From a virus, in the IMG/VR virus record IMGVR_UViG_3300010938_000009, positions 40,284 through 104,283 of that record: 64,000 bases of DNA; one strand, 5' to 3'. Position numbers and translations under genes: made by a program. The notes under the pieces were generated by a model that worked only from the letters and a program-made list of their open reading frames with translations, made no database searches and was not told where the DNA came from. Below, piece by piece: positions 42,498 to 51,010 of this stretch (position 1 is the stretch's first letter; every line of letters starts with the position of its first letter).

Positions 42498-44099
42498 ATG
42501 CAAGTTCAATATAATACAGAAGGTAAACCTTTAAGAATAAATGAACTCGACATAGAAGGTTTAGCTAAATGGTTATATGAAAATAAAGTTAGAACGACTC
42601 AAGGTAAATTATATCAACCATTACATAAGGGACATTTAGAAGTTTTAAAAGATCCAGCTAGATTCAAAGTTTTAGCTTGCGGTAGAAGATGGGGGAAAAC
42701 TTTATTAACTTCTTTAATGGCTTTAGCTGTTCTGTTTCAAATGAACAGAAGAGTTTGGATTATTGGCCCAGATTATTCTTTGTGTGAAAAGGTTTTTAGA
42801 GAACTTTATAGCATTTTAGTATTACAATTGAAGATTATAGTTCCTGGAAAAAAAGGACGTGCTCGGAACCAAAAAGGGGATTATTACTTAGAAACTCCTT
42901 GGGGAAGCATATTAGAAGCTAAATCAATGGAGAATCCTGACAGTTTAGCAGGAGAAGCGAACGACCTAATTATTATAGATGAAGCAGCTCTTACAACTAA
43001 TTTAGAAAATATATGGGTGCAAATGCTAAATCCGACGTTAATGGATAAAGAAGGTTCAGCAATTTTTATTTCTACACCACGAGGTAAAAATAATTTTTAT
43101 AAACTATTTTTATTTGGTGAAAAAGGTAAACGACAAAGAGAGGGTAAACTTAAAATAACCATAGATCCAGAAACAGGCATTAATAACGATATGACTGAAT
43201 GGAGTAGTTTTCAGAGAACTAGTTACGATAACCCTTTGTTAGCAGCTACGCCAGAAAAATCTAAAAGTGAAATTGATGCTGCTTATAGACGCTCTATAAT
43301 GTCTGGTAAAATAGTCATGTTTAAACAAGAATACTTAGCAGATTTTGAATCAGTTTCTGACAGTTGTTTTCCAGGTTTTAACGTAGAAGCTACTGAAAAA
43401 ATACAATATCCTAATGTAATAGATTATAATTGGCACCCTGATGAAGGCCCAATTTACTCAGCTTGCGATCATAACTTTGCTAAACCAGCAAGTACTATAT
43501 TCGCTCAAGTAAATCAATTTGGAGACGTAGTAATATTTGATGAATATTTTACACCACATACAACCTCCTACATGCAAGCCCAACAAATAGTAGACAAAGA
43601 AAGAGAACTTACAAGAAGAGCTATAAAAATTTGGGACGACGAAGCACAATTATTAAAAAATAGAAGACATATAAAATTTGAAGAAATAATAGCAGATATT
43701 TCAGGAGATCAAGTACAACTACATGGTAGAGCAGCTTGGGATGATTTTGAAGCAGTTTTAGGTAGAAGACCAAAAGGTTTAGCTCAAAATAGAGAAACAG
43801 GTTGTAATATGATAAGACTTTGGTTACAATTTCCAAAGTTTGATCAAAAAGGACAGCCAGTATTCGACAAAAACAACGAACAAGAAACTTACCCTAAATT
43901 ATTTGTTTCTAGTAATTGTACTAATTTAATTTACGCTTTAAGTACTGCTAAGTTCAAAAAAGGAAACGGCGGCAACTTAAAAGAAGATTATGAAGAAACT
44001 CCAGAAGGTTACGAAGGTTTAATTGATGCTTTACGTTATTTAATAGTATACTTATTTCACAATAAGGGTAATTACGTAGAAGTTTACAAAGGATTTTAA
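42498..44099 (+). CDS. terL: terminase large subunit
   Basis: ACGRRWGKT Walker A, IIIDEAA Walker B, ISTPRG, QEYLADF, nuclease DHNF...DALRY. Confidence 0.93.
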   Translation: MQVQYNTEGKPLRINELDIEGLAKWLYENKVRTTQGKLYQPLHKGHLEVLKDPARFKVLACGRRWGKTLLTSLMALAVLFQMNRRVWIIGPDYSLCEKVFRELYSILVLQLKIIVPGKKGRARNQKGDYYLETPWGSILEAKSMENPDSLAGEANDLIIIDEAALTTNLENIWVQMLNPTLMDKEGSAIFISTPRGKNNFYKLFLFGEKGKRQREGKLKITIDPETGINNDMTEWSSFQRTSYDNPLLAATPEKSKSEIDAAYRRSIMSGKIVMFKQEYLADFESVSDSCFPGFNVEATEKIQYPNVIDYNWHPDEGPIYSACDHNFAKPASTIFAQVNQFGDVVIFDEYFTPHTTSYMQAQQIVDKERELTRRAIKIWDDEAQLLKNRRHIKFEEIIADISGDQVQLHGRAAWDDFEAVLGRRPKGLAQNRETGCNMIRLWLQFPKFDQKGQPVFDKNNEQETYPKLFVSSNCTNLIYALSTAKFKKGNGGNLKEDYEETPEGYEGLIDALRYLIVYLFHNKGNYVEVYKGF

Positions 44100-44100
44100 C

Positions 44101-45183
44101 ATGAGTATAGTAAAAAAAGAAAGTAAGAAACTAAGACAAGCTACAGCTACTGGCGACGCTATATCTACTAGTTTATTAGACGCAGTGAATACTTCAGAGA
44201 TTATAACATTATCTACTGTAGCTAGTAAGATAACTTTTCAGAGTTCAGGTACACTAGCATTTGATTATACTGTATCAGCTAACGGTATTAACTTTGTTGC
44301 TGGAGCATCTGTAGCTGCAAATACACTAGCATCGTATAACACACATAACGTAATAGCAGTAACTATTACAAGAACTGCAGGAGCTGGACGAGTATCAATA
44401 TTAGCAGTATCGTAAATGAAACAAGTTATTATAAGAAAAAATAGAAGATTTATTATAAACGAGGAACAACTAAAGCCTCAAGCTAACAAACCTGACATTT
44501 GTAATGCTCTTTATGCGGCTATTTATAGAGAATTTTTAGGAGCGAGTGAAAACCCTAAATACAAAGATTTAACGCCCATAGATAGATTAAACAAATTAAA
44601 TGAGTTTGCCTTAGATTGGCTTAAAAAAAGAGGGTTAGAATAATGTCAAATCACAAATTAGAGATTAAATACAAAACTTCTAATAAAAAGCAAGGACAAA
44701 ATGCTGACGGAAAGCATAAAGCTTCCGATGGTAAAAAACGAGCACCTAGACAAGAAGATAATGGTATCGGATCAGCTTATGCAATTGCTGTAGGAGAAGC
44801 TTTAAATTTAGAAAAAGGTAGCAAACAAGGTTTTCTTGGAAAAGAAAAGAAAACTATTGACCCAAAACAGTTCGCAGGTAGTACATTAAAAAAGGAGAAC
44901 AAATAAAATGGCAAAAGTAAAAGCAGAACACCAATTAAAACATAAAGGCATGAAAGCTCCAAAGCCTGATAGCGCACAATTAGGAGATGTTAAAGCAGCT
45001 CCAAAACATAAACCAAAAATGAATTACAAAGAACCAGCATTTAAACTTCAATCTGACGCTCAATCAATGGCTCCAGATCATAAGAAAAAATCTATGCCGC
45101 ACGATTGTGCTCCAGAAGGAGTTTCTAGTGTTAATGGTGGAAATTCCTATCCAATGGAAAAGGATCATTCTTTAAAAAAATAA
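44101..45183 (+). CDS. four small hypothetical ORFs (44101-44415 beta-rich, 44416-44643, 44643-44906, 44908-45183)
   Basis: Contiguous ORFs between terL and portal. Confidence 0.55.
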
Positions 45184-45251
45184 CCTCATAATAAGATACA
45201 CGATGGACAGTAGAGCTGTTCGACCTGTTCCTTGAGAGGAAAGGAGGAAAA

Positions 45252-48200
45252 TTGAGTTTTAACCTAGGCGTGTCTAATCATCCAACGAGTAGATTAGGCG
45301 GATTAAGTTCTGTAGGGATTTATCTTTACGAAGATATTTACTATAGACAGTGGATCAGTGAGATCGCCTTGGCCTTTTATGAAGGTGAATATATCGGCCT
45401 TCGCTTTAAGTAATTAAAGAGTTATGATGCGACAAGACGAATTAAGATAAGTTCGTCGGTAACGAAAGTTACAAAAATAATATAAATAACCACAAAATGT
45501 TATCTGGTTAGACTTAGAGTAAGACAGTTTCGTAATCCTGAGAAAATTTAAAAACTGTTTACTGAGTCTCTAAAATGGGGTGAATTGCTGGAAACTCCTA
45601 AAACTCACATAGCTACAAAGTAAATCGAAAGATTAAGCTTGACATGCTAGAGAATATGTGAGATACTCCTTAAAAGGTGTAATGGATAATCAGCAGCTAA
45701 GCGTAGTAGGGTTTAAGTTACTGCGAAAGTTCAACGACTAGAAGGTGAGTCCCAACAATAAGTCCTTCCTGAGAGTGCCCGATCCTGACCGAGTAAAGTC
45801 GAAGGATAAGATATAGTCTACTCCTATTTGAAAAAAGAGGTATATGATTAACGTAAAAAAATTAAAAAGTTCCGAATTAGATTCCGCCATATATGGTATG
45901 ATTCTAGGTGATGGATGTATACAAATGGCTAGTTCTGGAAAAGGAAATAGCAATTTAAAAATAGGACATTCAATAAAACAAGAAGAGTATTTAAAATGGA
46001 AACAAGAGATTGTAAATCAAATTGGAACGGTAAAAACTAGATTTTGGTATTATCAAAAACAAAACGCTTGTTATATAGAAACCAACACTAGAAACTACTT
46101 TACTAAATTAGAAAAAATATTTTATATTAACAGAAAAAAAACTATTAATAAAAAAATATTGAATAAATTAACAGATTTATCTTTAGCTATATGGTTTTTA
46201 GATAATGGTTATATGAGTTATAATAAATCTGGTTCTGTTTACGGAGAACTCTGTACAGATCAATTTAGTTTAGAAAAAGTACAATTAATAAAAGATTGGT
46301 TTAAAATTAAATTTAATATGGAAGTTGGTATTAGAACTTTACGATATTTAAGCGGCAAACAAAAAGATACTATAGCTTATAGAATAAAGTTTAACAAAGA
46401 AAACTGTATTAAATTAACAGAAATAATTAAACCTTATGTTAATCAAGTGAGTTGTATGCACTATAAATTATACGAGAATAAAATTGCTTCTCAGGCAGTA
46501 GAGAAATCTTCTGTGCAAAAATCTGTTATTGAAGCAACAGATACTACCACTTAATCTTACTAAAGAGATTATAGATGAAACCTCTATACTATATAGAGAA
46601 GATCCTATATATCAAGTAGTAGATGATAAGGGTAAGATATTAAAAAAAGATCAAGAATTATGGGAGCAAATCCAAAAGGATTCTCGCTACTTGACCTTTA
46701 TGGACAAACTTGATAGATGGGTACGACTACTAGGTACCGTACTAGTTAAAGTTTCTTTTGTAGATCCGCAGACTGGACTACTAGTAGATAAAAATAAAGA
46801 AGGTACTGTACAACTGGATATGCTACATGGCGGCGTATACGATATAAGACATGGAGCTTCTCCCTACTATATTACAGAATTACTTATAGGTTTTGGCACT
46901 AAATTTGGAGGATTCAGAGAAAGATCTGGAACTCAAATTATAGGCGGATCACTTACAGGTAAATTACCTGATCCTAGTAGTATGGGGCAAGCCGACATAA
47001 AAACACGACAACGAATTGATTCTCCAGGACAATTAGGTTCAGTTAATAGAATTTATTGGAGTGCTCACTCACATTACGTTGAGGACGAAGATAGTAAGTA
47101 TTACGAAACTAAAAATCCTTATGGAATAATTCCTGCTGTGCCGTTTTTTAATCAAGACCCAGCTCACTATTACTTTTTACCAATTAATGAACCTCTTATT
47201 TACGCTAATCATGCGACTAATATGAGGATTACAGATTTGAATCATATTGCTAAGTTTCAATCGTTTGGAGTACCTGTAGTAAGTGGTATCGAAAGACCTA
47301 CTTCACTAAGACAAGGTAGACCTGTAGACGATTTTAACGTATTAAAAGGTGGTACAGCTCAATCTAGATTTGGTGGAATTAGTGGTTTTGGAGCTAACGG
47401 ACAATTTAGAACCTTTGACCAAGGTTTAGGAGTAACAAGAGATGGAAACGCTGATGCTAATGCATTAGGTTTTTCTATTGGACCTGATACTGCTATAGCT
47501 GTTGGAGAAAAAGGGGATTTTAGATTTGAACACCCTTCTGCAGATATTACAGGCTTAATTAAGGTTATACATAGTATAACTGATATGGTTAGAATTAACC
47601 ACGGATTAAGACCTAAATATGAAAATACATTACCTTCATCAGGTTTTGCATTATTAATGGAGAAGATTGGTGTTATAGAAAATAATATTAGAAGAGGTAA
47701 ACTCTTTAAAGAAAGAGAAGAACAACTTTTCAATGTTATTAAGAATTTGTGGAATGTACATCATAATAAATCAGGAAGTAAAAGGTTTTCTGAAAAAGCT
47801 AAGTTAATTATAACTTACGTTAATCCTAAATTTCCAGTTGACCCTAAAACTGAAAAAGAAGATATTATGATGGAAAGTAAAATAGTAGAAACTGGAGACA
47901 GAGCTGCTATTAAAAGAATGTATCCACACATAAAAGAACCAGAAATAGATAAATTAATTATACAAGCAAGAAAAGATAAAGAAGAAAGATCCTTATTTGA
48001 AGCTGAACTTCAAGCCAAGGTTACTGAGATTATAGGACCTAAAGAAGATCCTAAAAATCCTGGAGCTAAACATAAATATTTAAGAAAATCTAAAGAAGCA
48101 GAAAGCGACAAAGAAACTTATATTTATGAAGACGAAGACGGAAAAGAAAAAGAAGTCAAAAGATTAGATAAGAGTAAGGAAAAACTAGGTAAGCCTAAGA

Positions 48201-48280
48201 TCGATAATAAAGCAAAACACGCTGAAGAAAGTTCTAAGCAACCTGGTAAAAATGGTGATCCAAGAAGAAAAGAGGAGTAA
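45252..48280 (+). CDS. portal protein, spliced from 5 exons (45252-45386, 45430-45442, 45500-45515, 45518-45542, 46532-48280; ~645 aa)
   Basis: AGGAGG SD + TTG start. The joined exons read ...ALAFYEG-RQDEFIWLDLVRQFRNPE-KQQILPLNLTKEIIDETSILY. Exon 5 has SPP1-like portal motifs (NPYGIIPAVPF, SGFALL). Position after terL. Confidence 0.8.
45387..45429 (+). ncRNA. core-less group I-like mini-intron A (43 nt)
   Basis: P1 GAAGGU/GCCUUC with U.G at the 5' site, P10 CGA/UCG, CUUUAA-GUAA-UUAAAG hairpin, terminal G. Confidence 0.7.
45443..45499 (+). ncRNA. core-less group I-like mini-intron B (57 nt)
   Basis: P1 GACGAAU/GUUCGUC with U.G, P10 UUAUCU/AGAUAA, GUAAC-GAAA-GUUAC hairpin, terminal G. Confidence 0.75.
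45543..46531 (+). mobile_element. group I intron (IA-like) carrying a LAGLIDADG ORF
   Basis: P GAAUUGCUGGAAA (45582), Q AAUCAGCAG (45688), R GUUCAACGACUA (45729), S AAGAUAUAGUC (45808), P7.1 GAAGG/CCUUC. Exact ends could shift 3 nt (45546-46534) with the same protein product. Confidence 0.88.
45844..46554 (+). CDS. intron-encoded LAGLIDADG homing endonuclease/maturase
   Basis: IYGMILGDGCI and LAIWFLDNGY motifs. Confidence 0.88.
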   Translation: MINVKKLKSSELDSAIYGMILGDGCIQMASSGKGNSNLKIGHSIKQEEYLKWKQEIVNQIGTVKTRFWYYQKQNACYIETNTRNYFTKLEKIFYINRKKTINKKILNKLTDLSLAIWFLDNGYMSYNKSGSVYGELCTDQFSLEKVQLIKDWFKIKFNMEVGIRTLRYLSGKQKDTIAYRIKFNKENCIKLTEIIKPYVNQVSCMHYKLYENKIASQAVEKSSVQKSVIEATDTTT

Positions 48281-48282
48281 AT

Positions 48283-48630
48283 ATGGTAAAACCAGAATCT
48301 CAAAAAATATATGAATTAACCTTATTCAGAAGAGATGGTGGTCATATTAACGTAACTCAAAGTAACAACTTTGAGGAAGTAAGTTCTTTATGGACAGAAT
48401 TAACAGAAAGGTGGGCTATTGCAATAAAAGAGCAAAAGCCGTTTATTCTAAATAAACCTGTAGTCACAAGTTTTGACCCAGGTTTAATTTATGAAATAAC
48501 GGTTAGACCCCTTGTAGAGACAAGCAGGGCTAATCTTAACAATCCCTATTATCAAGATATGTTAGATAAAGGTTTAGGTAACACTTTACAAAAAACTAAC
48601 GGTCTTATAGATGGTGGATATAAGTACTAG
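48283..48630 (+). CDS. hypothetical protein
   Basis: SD GAGGAG; between portal and scaffold. Confidence 0.6.
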   Translation: MVKPESQKIYELTLFRRDGGHINVTQSNNFEEVSSLWTELTERWAIAIKEQKPFILNKPVVTSFDPGLIYEITVRPLVETSRANLNNPYYQDMLDKGLGNTLQKTNGLIDGGYKY

Positions 48631-48673
48631 ATTAAACCCTTTATAACTAGTAGAGCTAGTTGGAGGAAATTTT

Positions 48674-49600
48674 ATGGGATTAAGAAATTCCAATAGTAAT
48701 GATTTGATAGGTAAACTTGGAGCTATGAAAGCTTCAAACAGTAACGGAGTTTCAACAGAAGCTTCTGTTAATACAGACGCAAGCCAGACTGATAAAGCTG
48801 GTAATAAGTCAACTTCTGCTGCCACAGGAGAGACAAATAGTGTTGAGACTAAAGGAACAGTTTCTAGTGAGAAAGAGTCTTCAGAAAATAGTTCCGTAGT
48901 TAAAGATCCTGATAGCTGGTCGAAAGAAAGTGCTCTTCTTGAAGTTAAAAAACTTCGAGAAGAAAACAAAGCTACTAGGCTCAAATACGAGGAATCTTTA
49001 GAACAACTCAAAGCTGATATGGAAGCCCGTATCAAAGCTAGAGAAGAAAAAGAGCGTGAATTAGTTGAGTATAAAAAGCAATTAGAGGAAATCAAAACTA
49101 AAGAAGAGGACAAGAAGCGAGATTTAACTGAAAAGTTATCGCATCGGGAAGCTCTTTTAGCTGAGATGAAAATCAAACAAGAAGCTTTAGAGAAAGCTTT
49201 TCAAAGCCAATTGCAAGAGAAAGAAATGATTCTTAAAAAGTACGAAGCTGAAATTTCTGCTCAAACTGAAGTATATAAACAAAGACTAGATTCAGAATTA
49301 AACGGGATACCCGAAAAATACAAAGAAATAGCTAGTCTTATTGTTAAAGGCGCTGGAGATCCAAGAGATGCTCTAGTAGCTCTAAGCGAAGCAAAAATCA
49401 AAGGCGTTTTTGAGGACAAAACAGTGGTTGTAAATCACTCTGTTCCAGGAGCTAATGATGGCGCTAGAGTTACACAAGATAAATTAAATGCTGTCGAAAG
49501 AGAACGAAGAGAAAAAATGAACTCAAGTAGTCTTATCGGAGAAGCATTGAAAAGCATTAGAAGTGGTAATCCAAACTCAGCCTTTAGATCAAACAAATAA
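48674..49600 (+). CDS. capsid scaffolding protein
   Basis: Low-complexity N-terminus, long coiled coil (KKLREENKATRLK), directly upstream of the MCP. Confidence 0.7.
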   Translation: MGLRNSNSNDLIGKLGAMKASNSNGVSTEASVNTDASQTDKAGNKSTSAATGETNSVETKGTVSSEKESSENSSVVKDPDSWSKESALLEVKKLREENKATRLKYEESLEQLKADMEARIKAREEKERELVEYKKQLEEIKTKEEDKKRDLTEKLSHREALLAEMKIKQEALEKAFQSQLQEKEMILKKYEAEISAQTEVYKQRLDSELNGIPEKYKEIASLIVKGAGDPRDALVALSEAKIKGVFEDKTVVVNHSVPGANDGARVTQDKLNAVERERREKMNSSSLIGEALKSIRSGNPNSAFRSNK

Positions 49601-49616
49601 AAGGAGTTAACATACA

Positions 49617-50939
49617 ATGGCTCAAGTAATTTCATTATCCGATGCAGCGAAACTTTCTAACAACATGCTTGTTGAAGGTATTATCGCAGACATCATTTCA
49701 ATAGATGATTGGTTCAAATACCTTCCTTTCGTAGTTTTCGAGGGGTTGGCTTACACGTTCACTAGAGAGGCTACTCTTGCTGCGGCAGATTTCGCTTCCC
49801 CAGGAACTAACTTAAATCAATCAAAATACCAAGCTGGAGCTTCTTTCCAGAATGTAAACGTAAATTTATCTGCTATCATTGCAGATATTATCATCGACGG
49901 TCAAATTGAAGATCAATTCAGCGAGACTAACGATCAATTACAAGTTCAAATTAGCTCAAAAGCTAAACAACTTGCACGTATTTACATGAATGCTATCATC
50001 AATGCTAAAAGATCTGCTTCTCTTACTCAGAGTAACAATGGTCCTATAGGTATTGCTGACAGATTTCACGGAATGGCTTCTATTTTAGATGCTGAATCAG
50101 GAAATGTTGATGATGTAAATCATCCATTTTACAATGCTGGTAATCCTACTCAAACAGAAGTACTAGTTGAAGACGACCCTTCTTCTCCTCGAAACGGGAA
50201 GAATGGTAGAGTTTTTACTCTAGAAGATCTGGATGCTCTAATCGATAGAGTAACTGTAGGTCGTCCTGATTTTATCATGATGCATTCACGAGATATCCGA
50301 ACACTAAGAGTTTTGATGAGAAACACTGGTGGCGGTACAGATGCATACATGCTACAACAACAAGGTCTTGGTAACATGAAGCCTATGCTTTATTATCAAG
50401 ATATTCCAGTTTTCAGAAATGATTTCATTTCTAAATCTGATCCAGTAAACAGTACTGTACATACTATCTCTTCTGTTACAGATGCTAATACTATCGTACT
50501 AAGTTCTGCTACTGCTGCTGATGCAGAACACCTTCTTCTTAGAGGGTCTGATGGCGTTAATTATAGATATGCTATTGCTTCAGGTGCCGGAACTGCTACT
50601 ATTGACGTAGCTTCTGTTTCTGGTTCTTTCTTTGATCCGGAGCAAAATAAACAAGTAGCTCGACAAGCTCTTAACACTGCAGGATTATTTCTTGCTGGCG
50701 CTCAAGCTATCTCTGCTGAAAGAATTGATGGATCTTCCATCTATTGTGGATGTTGGGGAGAGTTTAAAGGGGTTGTAGGTTTTACTTCTGCTAACAACGC
50801 AGGATTGAAACTTGAGTACGTAGGTCCTCGTGAGAACGAAAACGCTTACCAATATCGTATGAAATGGTATTGTGGATTTGACTTATACAATCGTTTAGCT
50901 TTAGCGAGAATTAAAGAAGCATTACCACTTGGTGCGTAA
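49617..50939 (+). CDS. major capsid protein (HK97 fold) with beta-rich insertion
   Basis: LPFVVFEG..YTFTRE, LEDLDALID, DFIMM, YQDIPVFRNDFI, YRMKWYCG..LARI; codon usage consistent with high expression. Confidence 0.85.
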   Translation: MAQVISLSDAAKLSNNMLVEGIIADIISIDDWFKYLPFVVFEGLAYTFTREATLAAADFASPGTNLNQSKYQAGASFQNVNVNLSAIIADIIIDGQIEDQFSETNDQLQVQISSKAKQLARIYMNAIINAKRSASLTQSNNGPIGIADRFHGMASILDAESGNVDDVNHPFYNAGNPTQTEVLVEDDPSSPRNGKNGRVFTLEDLDALIDRVTVGRPDFIMMHSRDIRTLRVLMRNTGGGTDAYMLQQQGLGNMKPMLYYQDIPVFRNDFISKSDPVNSTVHTISSVTDANTIVLSSATAADAEHLLLRGSDGVNYRYAIASGAGTATIDVASVSGSFFDPEQNKQVARQALNTAGLFLAGAQAISAERIDGSSIYCGCWGEFKGVVGFTSANNAGLKLEYVGPRENENAYQYRMKWYCGFDLYNRLALARIKEALPLGA

Positions 50940-50949
50940 TAAATAAATA

Positions 50950-50977
50950 AAAAGGAGGCATTAATTTGCCTCCTTTT
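50950..50977 (+). terminator. intrinsic terminator after MCP
   Basis: AAAAGGAGGCA/TGCCTCCTTTT stem. Confidence 0.85.
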
Positions 50978-51010
50978 AACCCTTCAATAGAGCTAGAGTA
51001 GAGGAGTATT

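Noticed and set aside
45387-46531. Single ordinary group I intron in the portal gene
   Set aside because: Joining 45386 directly to 46532 is in frame, but it drops the 18 codons and leaves three guide/U.G/P10 pairings and the 12-nt junction guide unexplained. Joining at the core-proximal P1 site (45515) to 46532 or 46535 is out of frame. It is disfavoured, not excluded, until homologues or cDNA are checked.
46529-46531. TTG at 46529 as the portal start (ORF track)
   Set aside because: There is no SD, it coincides with the predicted omega-G, and a strong SD with a portal-like FYEG exon exists at 45252.
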